64,000 bases of DNA from an uncultured bacterium (GCA_963710755.1 CAVQBK010000003.1:800001-864000), one strand, 5' to 3'; positions 10,039 through 21,539 are shown, counted from the first letter of the stretch. Notes: generated by a model not told the origin, from the letters alone. Numbers and translations: made by a program.

Positions 10039-11838
10039 ATGGCCAATCCCTTAATCAGAAATTTTTCCATTATTGCCCATATTGATCATGGCAAATCCAC
10101 TTTAGCTGATCGGATTTTGGAGTTAACCCGTACGGTCTCCCAGCGCCAGATGCGCGCCCAATTACTTGATGATATGGAGCTGGAACGGGAACGGGGCATC
10201 ACCATCAAAGCCAAGGCCGTACGCCTTTTTTACAAAGCTAAAGATCAGCAGGTCTATCAGTTTAATCTTATCGATACGCCGGGCCATGTGGATTTCAACT
10301 ATGAAGTCAGCCGCTCCCTTTCGGCTTGTGAAGGCGCGCTGTTGGTGGTGGATGCCGCCCAGGGCATAGAAGCGCAAACCTTAAGCAATGCCGAGTTAGC
10401 CATTCTGCAGGATCTGAATCTTGTTCCCGTACTCAATAAAATTGACTTGCCGGCTGCCCACCCCGAAGAAGTGGCCCACCAAATCGAAGAGGCTCTGCAA
10501 CTGCCGGCGCAGGACGCTATTTGGGCCTCGGCCAAAACCGGGCAAGGTACGGTTGAGATTCTGGAAGCCATCATTCAAAAAATACCGCCTCCGGAAGGAG
10601 ATGAAGAAGCGTCCTTAAAAGCGCTGGTATTTGATTCTCATTTCGATCCTTATCGCGGCGTGATCGTCTATCTCCGGCTCATGGATGGACGGCTGCGTAA
10701 AGGCACGACCATCTATATGATGGCCACGGACCGCGCTTATGAAGTGGATGAAGTAGGGGTGTTCACGCCTGCGGAAAAAGCGGTGGAGCAATTGTCCGCC
10801 GGGGAAGTGGGCTATTTTATCGCCGGGATAAAAAGTATCAGTGATGTCAAAGTAGGGGACACGGTAACCGAGAAAAACCGACCTACTGTCACCGCCCTGC
10901 CCGGCTTCAAGGAAGTCAAACCCATGGTGTTTTGCGGTCTCTATCCGGTGGAGACCAGCGAATATGAGAATCTGCGCATTGCCCTGGAAAAATTAAAACT
11001 CAATGATGCCTCCTTGTTTTATGAACCGGAGAATTCGGAAGCCCTGGGTTTTGGGTTTCGCTGCGGCTTTCTGGGCCTACTGCATATGGAGATTGTACAG
11101 GAACGTTTGGAGCGCGAATTTGACATCAGCCTGATTGCCACGGCGCCTTCAGTGGTGTTTCATGTCACCAAGACCAATGGCGAAAAACTGGAGATCGACA
11201 ATCCCGTTAAATTGCCGCCGCCCGGGGAAATTGAGTTTATTGAAGAGCCCTTTATGGAGTTAACCATAATTGTGCCCGCCACCTATCAGGGGGCGGTCAT
11301 GCAGTTGGCGCAGGAAAAGCGGGGAGTTTATATCAATACAGAGTATATGGACAGCCAACGCGTCAAATTGAAATATCATATTCCCTTGGTGGAAGTGATT
11401 ATGGATTTTTACGATCAGTTAAAATCGCGCAGTCGCGGCTATGCCAGTATGGATTATGAACCTGCAGGATATCGTCGTGGACACATGGTCAAAGTGGACA
11501 TATTGGTCAATAAAGAAAGTGTGGATGCCTTGTCTTTTATCTGCCACAGTGATTTCGCGGAATTCCGCGGCCGGGCTGTGGCGGAAAAATTAAAAGACCT
11601 CATTCCCCGGCAACAATTTGAAATCCCCATTCAAGCCGCCATAGGGGCCAAGGTCATCGCCCGTGAGAGCATCCGCGCCATACGCAAAGATGTAACCGCC
11701 AAATGCTACGGCGGGGATATTACCCGCAAACGCAAATTGCTGGAAAAACAAAAAGAAGGCAAGAAGCGCATGAAGCATGTGGGCAATGTGGAAATTCCCC
11801 AAACGGCGTTTCTGGCGGTTTTGAAAATCGATAAATGA
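10039..11838 (+). CDS. lepA: Elongation factor 4
   Basis: [27 protein letters not shown] and [10 protein letters not shown] motifs. Confidence 0.98.
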   Translation: MANPLIRNFSIIAHIDHGKSTLADRILELTRTVSQRQMRAQLLDDMELERERGITIKAKAVRLFYKAKDQQVYQFNLIDTPGHVDFNYEVSRSLSACEGALLVVDAAQGIEAQTLSNAELAILQDLNLVPVLNKIDLPAAHPEEVAHQIEEALQLPAQDAIWASAKTGQGTVEILEAIIQKIPPPEGDEEASLKALVFDSHFDPYRGVIVYLRLMDGRLRKGTTIYMMATDRAYEVDEVGVFTPAEKAVEQLSAGEVGYFIAGIKSISDVKVGDTVTEKNRPTVTALPGFKEVKPMVFCGLYPVETSEYENLRIALEKLKLNDASLFYEPENSEALGFGFRCGFLGLLHMEIVQERLEREFDISLIATAPSVVFHVTKTNGEKLEIDNPVKLPPPGEIEFIEEPFMELTIIVPATYQGAVMQLAQEKRGVYINTEYMDSQRVKLKYHIPLVEVIMDFYDQLKSRSRGYASMDYEPAGYRRGHMVKVDILVNKESVDALSFICHSDFAEFRGRAVAEKLKDLIPRQQFEIPIQAAIGAKVIARESIRAIRKDVTAKCYGGDITRKRKLLEKQKEGKKRMKHVGNVEIPQTAFLAVLKIDK

Positions 11839-11889
11839 GCGGGCATGATGCTCCTTACGCAGGGTGCAAGTCCGGCGCTTGAGGCTCCT

Positions 11890-13011
11890 ATGAGTTTAGG
11901 ACTGTATATTCACATTCCCTTTTGCAAACAAAAATGCCATTATTGTGATTTTACTTCTTTTCCCCTCCGTTCACCTTTGGTCATGGACTCCTATCTGCAT
12001 TATCTCCATAAGGAAATCAGCCTCCGACTGAGCGGTCCCGTGGATACCGTGTACATTGGCGGCGGCACGCCGTCTTTGTGCACGCCCAAGCAACTGGAGG
12101 AGTTGCTACAGCAGGTAGCCCGCCACAGCCAGCTCAATGCAACCGCTGAAATCACCATTGAAGTCAATCCCGGCACCATCACCTTAGATGACCTGCGGGC
12201 CTATCAGGCCATGGGCATTAATCGTTTGTCCATTGGTGTGCAAAGTTTAAACGATCGTTTCTTAAAACAATTGGGGCGCATTCATGATGCAGCCAGTGTG
12301 CGGCGCTTAATCGGCCAGGCCGGGAACCTGGGCTTGACCAATCTTTCTTGTGACCTTATTTTCGGACTGCCCGGCCAAACGATGACTCAATTTAAACAAG
12401 AACTTACTGCCTTGGTGGGCCTGCAACCACAGCATATTTCACTGTACGAATTGACCATTGAAAAGCATACGGCCTTGCATGCTCGACTGCTGGCCGGGTC
12501 ACTCCAGCCGGCTGACGAGGACTTAGTGGCGGACATGCTGGAATTGAGCAGTGACTTATTGAAGAACGCAGGGTTTGAGCACTATGAATTGTCCAATTAT
12601 GCTTTGCCAGGATTTGCCAGCCAACACAATTTGAAATATTGGACTGGCCAAAATTATATGGGTGTAGGTCTGGGAGCGCATAGTTATCTCAACAATCAGC
12701 GTCAATGGAATGTTAAAAAAATTCAACACTACCAGAACCTGCTGGAAGCCCAATACCTGCCTGTGGAAGGCGGGGAGCGACTGGCTTTTACCCGAAGAAT
12801 AGCAGAGCGCTTAATGCTTGGACTCAGATTAACCCAAGGCATTGACCCCTTGGTCATGGCCTCCAGCTTTGGCCCTGAGTGGGCTACGTCCTGGCAGGAA
12901 ATTTTTACAGCTCATACGGCTGCCGGTCTTCTGGAAAGTACTGGCACCAAACTGCGCTTAACCAAAAGAGGCAGGCTCCTGTCCGATGTGGTTTTCCGGT
13001 CTTTTTTATAG
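11890..13011 (+). CDS. hemW: Radical SAM heme chaperone HemW (HemN-like)
   Basis: YIHIPFCKQKCHYCDF, GGGTPS and HNLKYW motifs; follows lepA. Start at 11890 (GAGG SD) or 11845. Confidence 0.9.
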   Translation: MSLGLYIHIPFCKQKCHYCDFTSFPLRSPLVMDSYLHYLHKEISLRLSGPVDTVYIGGGTPSLCTPKQLEELLQQVARHSQLNATAEITIEVNPGTITLDDLRAYQAMGINRLSIGVQSLNDRFLKQLGRIHDAASVRRLIGQAGNLGLTNLSCDLIFGLPGQTMTQFKQELTALVGLQPQHISLYELTIEKHTALHARLLAGSLQPADEDLVADMLELSSDLLKNAGFEHYELSNYALPGFASQHNLKYWTGQNYMGVGLGAHSYLNNQRQWNVKKIQHYQNLLEAQYLPVEGGERLAFTRRIAERLMLGLRLTQGIDPLVMASSFGPEWATSWQEIFTAHTAAGLLESTGTKLRLTKRGRLLSDVVFRSFL

Positions 13012-13063
13012 ATGGTCTATTTCATAATCGAATTGTTTTACAAGCAAAAAAATGAGTTTTGCC

Positions 13064-13093
13064 TTGACGTTAACTGGCGGATTATGATAGGTT
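13064..13093 (+). promoter_or_regulatory. Putative sigma70 promoter of the HU gene
   Basis: TTGACG-N18-TAGGTT with a TG extended -10. Confidence 0.4.
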
Positions 13094-13133
13094 ACCAAAA
13101 ACTGCAAGACCAGAATCTGCAGGAGGGTTTATA

Positions 13134-13406
13134 ATGACCAAAGTAGAATTGATTGATAAAGTAGCTGAAGGGTTAGGGTTACCTAAACGCGAGATTGAAA
13201 AAATGCTGGAAAAATTAATCTCCACCATTCAAAACGCTTTAAAATCAGGAGAAAAAGTGTCGGTGGCCGGGTTGGGCACGTTTGTGGTTAAGGAGAAAAA
13301 AGAACGCATGGCTCGTAATCCGAAGACCGGAGATACGGTCCATGTTCCGGCCAAGAAAGCACCCAAATTTCGTCCGGGCAAGGAATTAAAGGAAATCATT
13401 CAGTAA
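13134..13406 (+). CDS. hup: HU family DNA-binding protein
   Basis: MTKVELI, GLGTF, RNPKTG and PKFRPGKELK motifs; 90 aa; AGGAGG SD. Confidence 0.93.
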   Translation: MTKVELIDKVAEGLGLPKREIEKMLEKLISTIQNALKSGEKVSVAGLGTFVVKEKKERMARNPKTGDTVHVPAKKAPKFRPGKELKEIIQ

Positions 13407-13495
13407 GTCGATGATCCTAGCACGGTTGTTTATTTGGGGTAAAAGGTCATGGGCATTAAAGGAATAACCTAAGGACGAAGCCAGGAGGACAGGCC

Positions 13496-14719
13496 ATGCA
13501 AGCCAAGAAAAAAGCGGCTAAAAAGTCAACCAGCAAGGCAGCAGCAGAAGAACCTGCGGTAAAACCAGCAACCAAAAAAACAGTGAAAAAAGCGCCTAGT
13601 ACTCCTGCGAAAGCAGTCAAAAAAACCACCAAGCCCGTTGCCCAGGCCACAGGAGAAGCAAAAGCTGCAACAAAAAAAGCCACATCCGCCAAAGGGTCCA
13701 ATGCCAGCGGGACCAAGAAAAAAGCTACCAAAGCGGTGTCGCCAGCAAAGACCAAATCAGTTGAAAAACTAGCCCAACCCAAGCGGTCTCCTGAACCCAA
13801 AGTCAACGCCAAAGTGCAAGAACCTCCGCACGCTGAAGAAAAAAACGTTGCCACACTTTCTGAGCAACCTCAGGGCTCGGAGGTGCAATCCGTCTCCGAG
13901 GCATCCCAGCCTGCGCCGACCATAAAGGCGCCCGAACATTATTGGCAAGATCGCTATCAAGATGACCGATTTATGTTGTTGATCCGCGACCCCTACTGGT
14001 GTTTTGCCTATTGGGATGTGTCCGCCCAGTTGCAGTCTGACATGATCCATGCGCTGCAGCAAGATCAAGCCAAATTATTACTGCGCACTTATGATGTAAC
14101 GGATATTAATTTTGACGGCAGTAATGCTCATCGTTACATGGATCTGGAAATCAACGAAGAAGCTTCCAACTGGTATATTAATGTCTGGGAAGCCCATCGC
14201 GCTTATTGTTCTGACCTGGGCTTGTTGTATCCTGACGGGACCTTTAAAACACTGCTGCGCTCCAATGTGGTGACTACGCCCCGTGACTCCGTCTCTCCCG
14301 TAGTGGATGAGGAGTGGATGGTGGTGGATGAAATGTTCGATAAATTATATCAGAATGCCGGTGCGGGCAGTGTAGGCCGTTCTTCGGAAGCCATTACCAA
14401 GTACATGCTGAAACGGGTGCGCGCTGATGTCACCTCGGGCGGGCTGGCCAGCATGGGGTCGGAGGGCGGACGGCCAAAACCTCCTGCAAATGAGGATTTT
14501 TGGCTGGTGGCGCATACGGAGTTAATCGTTTACGGTGCAACCGAACCCACGGCCAAGCTGACCATTCAAGGACAGCCGACCGTGCTTAATAATGACGGTA
14601 CTTTTTCCGTTCGCTTTGCCCTGCCTGATGGTCAACAGATCATCCCCATAAAAGCGGTGAATGAAAGCGGCACCCAGGAACGCTCCATTACACCACTTGT
14701 TGAAAAAAGAACCGAATAA
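13496..14719 (+). CDS. DUF4912-like protein with a histone-H1-like Lys/Ala-rich N-terminus and an Ig-like C-terminal domain
   Basis: LLIRDPYWCFAYWD, NWYINV, RSNVVTTP and YGATEP..DGTFSVRF motifs; the first ~110 aa are K/A/T/P-rich. Confidence 0.8.
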   Translation: MQAKKKAAKKSTSKAAAEEPAVKPATKKTVKKAPSTPAKAVKKTTKPVAQATGEAKAATKKATSAKGSNASGTKKKATKAVSPAKTKSVEKLAQPKRSPEPKVNAKVQEPPHAEEKNVATLSEQPQGSEVQSVSEASQPAPTIKAPEHYWQDRYQDDRFMLLIRDPYWCFAYWDVSAQLQSDMIHALQQDQAKLLLRTYDVTDINFDGSNAHRYMDLEINEEASNWYINVWEAHRAYCSDLGLLYPDGTFKTLLRSNVVTTPRDSVSPVVDEEWMVVDEMFDKLYQNAGAGSVGRSSEAITKYMLKRVRADVTSGGLASMGSEGGRPKPPANEDFWLVAHTELIVYGATEPTAKLTIQGQPTVLNNDGTFSVRFALPDGQQIIPIKAVNESGTQERSITPLVEKRTE

Positions 14720-14753
14720 CCTCTGATAAGGTCAACCTAGAAACGGAGTAGCT

Positions 14754-16340
14754 ATGGCTGATAACGGCTATTTGATGCTGGTCTTGCATGCCCATTTACC
14801 CTATGTACGCCACCCCGAACATCCTGAATTTCTGGAAGAGGACTGGTTTTTCGAGGCGATCACCGAAACCTATGTGCCCATCATTGAGATGTGTGAACGG
14901 TTGGTGCATGACGGCGTAAAGTTCAAATTTACCATGTCCCTCACGCCTCCGCTTTTAAGCATGATGGCGGATCCTTTATTACAGGAACGCTATGTACACC
15001 ATATTGGTCAATTGGTGGAATTGGCGGAAAAAGAAGTGGAACGCACCCGTTGGCAACCGGAGTTTAACCGCACCGCCCATCTTTATTTACAGCGCTTCCG
15101 CAGAACCCAGTGGGTCTTTTGTGATCAATATCACCGTAACTTAATCCCAGCTTTCAGGAAATTCATGGAATTGGGTGTATTGGAAGTGATCACATGTAAT
15201 GCCACCCACGGTTATTTTCCGCTCATGGCCAACCGTAACGCCCAACGCGCCCAAGTGGCCGTGGCGGTGCAAACCCATGAGCATTTCCTCGGGGTCAAGC
15301 CTAAGGGTATTTGGCTGGCGGAATGTGGTTTTGAACCGGGCGTGGATGAGCTGCTCCAGGAGTATGGAATCCGCTATTTCTTTACCGATACGCACGGCAT
15401 TTTTCACGGCAGCCCCCGTCCTAAATACGGCGTCTACGCGCCGGTCTATACCCGGGCTGGTGTGGCGGCGTTTGGCCGGGATGTGGAATCTTCCAAACAG
15501 GTCTGGAGTTCCAAGGAAGGCTATCCCGGTGATTTTAATTATCGCGATTTTTACCGCGATATAGGTTTTGACCTGGAATATGATTACATACGTCCTTATA
15601 TTCACGGTGATGGCTTCCGCATTCCCACGGGTATTAAGTATTACCGCATTACCGGGCCGTCTGATCACAAAGAGCCTTATGATTACGAAAAAGCCCGTTC
15701 GACAGCAGCCGACCATGCCGGTAATTTCATGTTCAACCGGCAGCAACAAATCCAACATCTTAAGTCCATGATTGGCATCAATCCCATTATTGTTTCCCCC
15801 TATGATGCCGAACTTTACGGGCATTGGTGGTATGAAGGCCCGGAATTTTTGGAGTTTCTTTTCCGGAAAATGTATTTTGACCAGCATGAGATTAGGACCA
15901 TCACCGCCCCGGAATACTTGAGCATGAATCCCCAGTTGCAGGTAGTTACCCCATCCAATTCTTCCTGGGGCTATAAAGGCTACCACGAACAGTGGCTGGC
16001 CGGACCCAATGACTGGGTCTACCGGCATTTGCATAAAGCCGCCGACCGCATGGTAGAGCTGGCCAATCGCTTTGGCCAAGCCCAAGGCCACCAGCAGCGC
16101 GCCCTTAACCAAGCGGCCAGGGAACTACTTTTGGCTCAAAGCTCGGATTGGGCGTTCATTATGAAAACGGGCACCATGGTAGAATACGCGGTGAAACGCA
16201 CCCGTGATCATTTGGAACGCTTTACCCGTCTTTATACGGAAATCAATGAAGACCGCATTGATTTGGATTGGCTGGCGGAGATAGAATATAAGGACAATAT
16301 ATTTCCCCTCATCGATTACCGGGTTTACGCCGACCGATGA
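14754..16340 (+). CDS. GH57 family 1,4-alpha-glucan branching enzyme (DUF1957 C-terminus)
   Basis: HAHLP, GIWLAECG (nucleophile), PYDAELYGHWWYEG (acid/base) and AQSSDW motifs. Confidence 0.92.
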   Translation: MADNGYLMLVLHAHLPYVRHPEHPEFLEEDWFFEAITETYVPIIEMCERLVHDGVKFKFTMSLTPPLLSMMADPLLQERYVHHIGQLVELAEKEVERTRWQPEFNRTAHLYLQRFRRTQWVFCDQYHRNLIPAFRKFMELGVLEVITCNATHGYFPLMANRNAQRAQVAVAVQTHEHFLGVKPKGIWLAECGFEPGVDELLQEYGIRYFFTDTHGIFHGSPRPKYGVYAPVYTRAGVAAFGRDVESSKQVWSSKEGYPGDFNYRDFYRDIGFDLEYDYIRPYIHGDGFRIPTGIKYYRITGPSDHKEPYDYEKARSTAADHAGNFMFNRQQQIQHLKSMIGINPIIVSPYDAELYGHWWYEGPEFLEFLFRKMYFDQHEIRTITAPEYLSMNPQLQVVTPSNSSWGYKGYHEQWLAGPNDWVYRHLHKAADRMVELANRFGQAQGHQQRALNQAARELLLAQSSDWAFIMKTGTMVEYAVKRTRDHLERFTRLYTEINEDRIDLDWLAEIEYKDNIFPLIDYRVYADR

Positions 16341-16377
16341 GGAGCATAATCCAAGAAAGCATCTTTTGGTAAAGGTT

Positions 16378-17433
16378 ATGAGCAGTCAGCCGGACTTGTT
16401 ACTCAGTCAACGTGATCAGGAAGTCTTAGCGGCCATTGTCGAGGTGTACACCCGCACTGCGGAACCGGTCAGCTCCAGCCAATTGTTGGCACATTGTGGG
16501 ATTACCTGCTCCAGCGCCACCATTCGCAATATTATGGTCCGCCTCGAAAAATATGGGTTTTTGACCCATCCTTATACGTCAGCGGGGAAATATCCTACCT
16601 ATTTGGCTTACCGTTATTTTATCCAGAAAATGATGGCCCAGCCGCTACTTGATCAGGATGTTAAAAATAAAATTCAGATGGAAATTCTAAACGCGGTTTG
16701 CGAAAACGACCAGAAAGTCAGACTCACCGCCCGGGTGCTGGCCGTGACGTCGGAATTAATGGCCGTGGCCTGGATCTCCTCTGTGACCAGCGGCCGTCTC
16801 GATAAGGTTCAACTGATGGCTGCCGGCACCCGACAATTATTATTGATTGCTTTTTTGGATAATGGCGAAGTGGTTCATCAACACATGACTTTGGAACAAA
16901 GCATCAGTAAGCGTTTGCTTGACCAGGTGGTGGGGTTGGTCAACGACAAAGGGAGGGGCTGTGACGCCGATGAACTCAAGCGCATGGCTGCCGGCAACTG
17001 GTCCGGATTGGATCAAACCATCCACCATGTTTTTCAAAAAGCCCTGCTTCTGTTGAGTACCGGGCTTAAACAGCGTCTGAGGCAGCAAGATTTGATTTTC
17101 GAAGGGGCCGGCAATTTGATTAACCAGCCTGAATTCGATAATATTCTGGCCGCCCGCAAAACCATCTCGGCTTTGGAACAGGGGACAGTCCTGACTCAAT
17201 CGCTGATGGCGCCGGGGATTAAAAAAGGAGACATTACCATTGCCCTGGGACAAGATGATCCCGGGCAAGCTATTCCAGCGCTCTCGGTGATTTCCAATCG
17301 TGTGGTGCTTAAGGATGGGCGCCAGGCACGATTAGGTATTGTCGGACCACGACGGATGCCTTATAATCGTCTGGTTTGTTTATTGGAATATACGACTGCA
17401 GCACTTAAAAAATCAGGATCAATGGGGATATAA
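16378..17433 (+). CDS. hrcA: Heat-inducible transcription repressor HrcA (divergent)
   Basis: EPVSS, SSATIRN, TSAGKYPT and GIVGPRRMPY motifs; precedes grpE. Confidence 0.88.
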   Translation: MSSQPDLLLSQRDQEVLAAIVEVYTRTAEPVSSSQLLAHCGITCSSATIRNIMVRLEKYGFLTHPYTSAGKYPTYLAYRYFIQKMMAQPLLDQDVKNKIQMEILNAVCENDQKVRLTARVLAVTSELMAVAWISSVTSGRLDKVQLMAAGTRQLLLIAFLDNGEVVHQHMTLEQSISKRLLDQVVGLVNDKGRGCDADELKRMAAGNWSGLDQTIHHVFQKALLLLSTGLKQRLRQQDLIFEGAGNLINQPEFDNILAARKTISALEQGTVLTQSLMAPGIKKGDITIALGQDDPGQAIPALSVISNRVVLKDGRQARLGIVGPRRMPYNRLVCLLEYTTAALKKSGSMGI

Positions 17434-17460
17434 CAACGCATTGACAAGGTGGTGACAACG

Positions 17461-18084
17461 ATGTGGTTTAACGGCGACGAAGAGAAAAAAAATGAGAATA
17501 CCTCCGACCAGAGCGGCCATGATGTCAAGGTCAATGGAACGCCTTTTAATGCCATGGATCCTACCAAGGCCTTTGATGATGATGATGAGAAATTGGAAAC
17601 AGGGGCCTCTGGTGATGAGATCACGAGCCTGAAAGCTAAAATCAAGGAACTGGACGATAAGGCCAACACCAACTATGACCGTTATTTGCGGGCCTTGGCG
17701 GAAATGGAAAATTACAAAAAACGAGCTGCCCGGGAAAAAGCGGATCTGTTGCGCACCGCCGGCGAGGACCTGCTACTGGAAATATTGCCGGTGGTGGATA
17801 ATCTGGAGCGGACCATTACTCATCTAAATGAAAATCCTGACCCTCAAAAAATCATGGAGGGGATTAATCTTATTTACAAACAATTTATTCAATCTCTGCA
17901 AAAATCAGGAATCACCAGTATTGACAAGGTGCCCTGTCCCTTTGATCCGACCATTCATCAGGCCTTGTCACGGGTGGAAGATAAGTCTGTACCCGATGAC
18001 ACGGTGGTAGAGATTCTGCAAAAAGGTTATATCATGGGTGGCAAAGTCGTCCGTCCTGCCATGGTCAAGGTTGCCAAACATTGA
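17461..18084 (+). CDS. grpE: Nucleotide exchange factor GrpE
   Basis: AEMENYKKR, LPVVDNLER, FDPTIHQA and RPAMVKV motifs. Confidence 0.95.
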   Translation: MWFNGDEEKKNENTSDQSGHDVKVNGTPFNAMDPTKAFDDDDEKLETGASGDEITSLKAKIKELDDKANTNYDRYLRALAEMENYKKRAAREKADLLRTAGEDLLLEILPVVDNLERTITHLNENPDPQKIMEGINLIYKQFIQSLQKSGITSIDKVPCPFDPTIHQALSRVEDKSVPDDTVVEILQKGYIMGGKVVRPAMVKVAKH

Positions 18085-18271
18085 CCAGCACAGCGGTCCC
18101 AATGACTTGGTGGGTCATTAGCTTTAATGGAAACCAAGAGGGACATGAAAGGCCTTTCGTATTTGAGGTCTTGCAGCAGGTGGAAGGGTAAGCTAACCTC
18201 TTGAGGTTCACTTGCTTCTGTTGGAAATAGCCGGCAAGCCCAGCGTCAGCAAAAATTACGGGTTGTGAGGT

Positions 18272-20122
18272 ATGAGTATGGGAAAAGTCATTGGCATTGA
18301 TTTGGGGACCACCAATTCCTGCGTTGCGGTGATGCATGGTGGGGATGTGGAAGTGATTACCAATGCCGCAGGCAGCCGCACCACGCCTTCTGTGGTGGCC
18401 TTTACCAAGACCCACGAACGCTTGATTGGACAAACCGCCAAACGCCAGGCGGTAACCAATCCCAGCCAAACCGTGTTCTCCATCAAACGATTCATGGGGC
18501 GGCTTTACACGGAAGCCACGGAAGAAGAACGTATGGTGCCCTATAGAACCAGCGCCGGTCCCCAGGGTGCGGTGGTGGTGGAGCTGGACGGCAAATCTTA
18601 CACTCCACCTGAAATCTCCGCCATGATATTGCAAAAACTCAAGGAAGACAGCGAAGCCTTTTTGGGCGAGCCGGTTACAGAAGCCATCATTACTGTGCCC
18701 GCTTATTTTAATGACAGCCAACGGCAGGCCACCAAGGATGCCGGTAAAATTGCCGGACTTAATGTATTGCGCATCATCAACGAACCCACAGCGGCGGCTC
18801 TGGCCTATGGTCTGGATAAGAAAAAAGGCGAGAAGATTGCGGTCTATGATTTGGGCGGCGGAACTTTTGATATTTCTATCCTTGAGCTGGGCGATGGCGT
18901 ATTTGAAGTGCGCTCCACAAATGGTGACACCCATTTGGGCGGTGATGATTTCGACCAGGCTATTATTGATTGGCTGGCCGAGGATTTTTTAAGAGATCAT
19001 CAAATCGATCTGCGTCAGGACAGCATGGCCCTGCAGCGTCTCAAGGAAGCGGCAGAGAAAGCCAAGTGTGAATTGTCCAGTATGATGCAGACCGAGATTA
19101 ATCTGCCTTTTGTCAGCGCCGATGCGCAGGGGCCAAAACATTTGACGGTAACGCTTTCGCGCGCCCGCTTGGAACAGTTGGTGGGCTTCCTAGTGGACCG
19201 CACCATCCCAGCGGTGGAAAAAGCGCTTAAGGACGCAGGACTGAGCAAATCGGATATCCAGGAAATAATATTAGTGGGCGGCCAAACCCGTATGCCGCTG
19301 GTCTTGGAAAGGGTCAAAGCTTTTTTTGGAAAGGATCCCAATAAAAGTGTTAATCCCGATGAAGTGGTGGCCTGTGGTGCCGCTATTCAAGGAGGCGTGC
19401 TGCAGGGTGAGGTAAAAGATGTGCTGTTGCTCGATGTTACGCCGTTGTCCTTGGGCATTGAAACCCTGGGCGGCATTTCCACCAAGCTAATTGAGCGCAA
19501 TACCACCATCCCCACGCGCAAGAGCCAAATTTTTTCCACGGCCTCCGACAACCAGGCGACAGTGTCTATTCGGGTGTTGCAGGGTGAGCGCGACATGGCT
19601 GCGGATAACCGCACTTTAGGGCGGTTTGATTTGAACGGTATTCCGCCGGCACCGCGCGGGGTGCCGCAAATTGAGGTAACCTTTGATATTGATGCCAACG
19701 GCATTGTACATGTGTCCGCCAAAGATATGGCCACAGGCAAGGAACAAAAAATAACAGTGACCACCAGCTCCGGCATCGCGGAGAAGGAAATTGAACGCAT
19801 GGTCAGCGAGGCCAAAGAAGCCCAGGAAGCGGATCACCAACGCCGGCAACAGGTGGAAGTGAAAAATCGCGCCGATGCCCTGATCTATAACACGGAACGG
19901 ATGGTGGCGGATCATGGGCACAAGGCTGACAGCAGCACCTTGGAGCAAGTGAATAAAGCCATTGAAAAACTGAAACGCCTGCAAGCATCGGCAGATACGG
20001 ACGCGTTGGAAGAGGGCTGCGATAAATTGGAAAAAGTGGCTCAGAAGTTGGCGGAAGGAGTTTATGCCAAAGCATCCGGGCCGGAAGGCTCGGAAGAGCA
20101 ACCGCCTTCTGAAGGTAAATGA
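18272..20122 (+). CDS. dnaK: Chaperone DnaK
   Basis: [17 protein letters not shown] and [17 protein letters not shown] motifs. Confidence 0.98.
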   Translation: MSMGKVIGIDLGTTNSCVAVMHGGDVEVITNAAGSRTTPSVVAFTKTHERLIGQTAKRQAVTNPSQTVFSIKRFMGRLYTEATEEERMVPYRTSAGPQGAVVVELDGKSYTPPEISAMILQKLKEDSEAFLGEPVTEAIITVPAYFNDSQRQATKDAGKIAGLNVLRIINEPTAAALAYGLDKKKGEKIAVYDLGGGTFDISILELGDGVFEVRSTNGDTHLGGDDFDQAIIDWLAEDFLRDHQIDLRQDSMALQRLKEAAEKAKCELSSMMQTEINLPFVSADAQGPKHLTVTLSRARLEQLVGFLVDRTIPAVEKALKDAGLSKSDIQEIILVGGQTRMPLVLERVKAFFGKDPNKSVNPDEVVACGAAIQGGVLQGEVKDVLLLDVTPLSLGIETLGGISTKLIERNTTIPTRKSQIFSTASDNQATVSIRVLQGERDMAADNRTLGRFDLNGIPPAPRGVPQIEVTFDIDANGIVHVSAKDMATGKEQKITVTTSSGIAEKEIERMVSEAKEAQEADHQRRQQVEVKNRADALIYNTERMVADHGHKADSSTLEQVNKAIEKLKRLQASADTDALEEGCDKLEKVAQKLAEGVYAKASGPEGSEEQPPSEGK

Positions 20123-20142
20123 AGAGTAAGGGGAATTAAAGT

Positions 20143-21288
20143 ATGGCAGCAAAACGTGACTATTACGAGGTTCTCGGTGTTTCCAAAGGGGCCTCTGAAA
20201 ATGAGATTAAAAGTGCTTACCGGCAAATGGCCAAGAAATATCATCCTGATGCCAATCCTGGGAATAAAAACGCCGAGGAAAAATTCAAGGAAATTAACGA
20301 AGCCTATGAGGTGCTCAAGGACGGTAACAAGCGCGCTACTTATGACCGTTTCGGCCATGCCGGCGTGGGAACCTCTGCGGCCGGAAAGCCGGGAGCCGGT
20401 GGTTATTCGGCCAATGTGGATTTTGGCGATATGGGCGATATCTTCTCCGATATTTTTGAAGGTTTTTTTGGCGGCAGCGCCCGCCCTTCCGGCCGGACCC
20501 AATCCCGTGCCAGGCGCGGTGCGGATCTGCGCTATGATTTAACCATTTCTTTTTTAGAAAGCGCCAAGGGCAAGGAAGTACAGCTTGATATTCCGCGTAT
20601 GGAAACTTGCCAGACCTGTCAGGGCACGGGGGCCAAAGCTGGTACCAAACCCAAAACCTGTCCTACCTGCCAAGGTGCCGGGCAAGTGCGTTCGGTACAA
20701 GGATTCTTTTCTGTCATGCGTACCTGTCCAACCTGCCAGGGTGAAGGCCGGATTATTGACGCGCCCTGTAGTGATTGCCGGGGTCAAGGCCGAAAACGGG
20801 TGCTGCGTAAAATTTCAGTGCGGGTACCACCGGGCATCGAGACCGGAGGACGGCTGAAAATCAGCGGGGAAGGAGAAGCCGGCATTCAAGGTGGGCCGCG
20901 CGGTGACTTATATGTGGTCATTCAAGTGGAGTCCCATTCTTTCTTCACCCGTGAAGATGATGATGTAGTCTGTGAAGTGCCGGTACCTCTGACTTTGGCG
21001 GCCCTGGGCGGTGAAGTGGAAGTGCCCACCCTGGACGGCCGAGTGACCATGAAGATTCCCGCAGGCACCCAATCGGGCAAGGTCTTTCGTTTGCGCGGCA
21101 AGGGGTTTCCCAATCTGCGGGGGTTGGGCTCGGGTGACCAGTTGGTGGCTGTGCAGGTGGAAGTTCCTGTAAAATTAAACGGTAAACAAAAGAAATTATT
21201 GGAGGAATTTGGCCAGCTGGGCAATGAGGACAATTATGCCGGGGTCAAGGCCTTTTATCAAAAAGTAAAAAGCATGTTCGTTCATTAA
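20143..21288 (+). CDS. dnaJ: Chaperone DnaJ
   Basis: J-domain HPD, G/F region and four CxxCxGxG repeats. Confidence 0.98.
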   Translation: MAAKRDYYEVLGVSKGASENEIKSAYRQMAKKYHPDANPGNKNAEEKFKEINEAYEVLKDGNKRATYDRFGHAGVGTSAAGKPGAGGYSANVDFGDMGDIFSDIFEGFFGGSARPSGRTQSRARRGADLRYDLTISFLESAKGKEVQLDIPRMETCQTCQGTGAKAGTKPKTCPTCQGAGQVRSVQGFFSVMRTCPTCQGEGRIIDAPCSDCRGQGRKRVLRKISVRVPPGIETGGRLKISGEGEAGIQGGPRGDLYVVIQVESHSFFTREDDDVVCEVPVPLTLAALGGEVEVPTLDGRVTMKIPAGTQSGKVFRLRGKGFPNLRGLGSGDQLVAVQVEVPVKLNGKQKKLLEEFGQLGNEDNYAGVKAFYQKVKSMFVH

Positions 21289-21306
21289 ATTACCGTGTAG
21301 CAAGCC

Positions 21307-21367
21307 ACAACCATGCCCTCCTTTCACTTTGCCGGTGAAAGGTCCCAGGGTTCAGACATGGTGTTGT
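21307..21367 (+). terminator. Long interrupted hairpin after dnaJ (possible terminator or stabiliser)
   Basis: Nested helices ACCATG/CATGGT, CCCT/AGGG and CCTTTCAC/GTGAAAGG. Confidence 0.45.
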
Positions 21368-21539
21368 AACTTAAATAATGCCGAATAACCACCACCTCCT
21401 CATCGCTTGTCCGAGGGCGAAGGCTATTGGTGTGGGAGTCCGTGCGTTGTGACACTGTCTCTAAGCCTAGAGGGAGTCAGGGCACGACCAAAGAGACAGC
21501 CTTCCCCGAGGGTTCGAGGTAGGCAGAAGTTGAGGGTGC

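Noticed and set aside
13417-13443. CTAGCAC... resembling half a CIRCE
   Set aside because: There is no matching GAGTGCTAA right arm.
15141-16112. 323-aa antisense ORF over the GH57 gene
   Set aside because: A shadow ORF from codon bias of the sense gene; no motifs.
18065-18934. 289-aa antisense ORF over dnaK
   Set aside because: Long antisense frames opposite dnaK are a well-known artefact.
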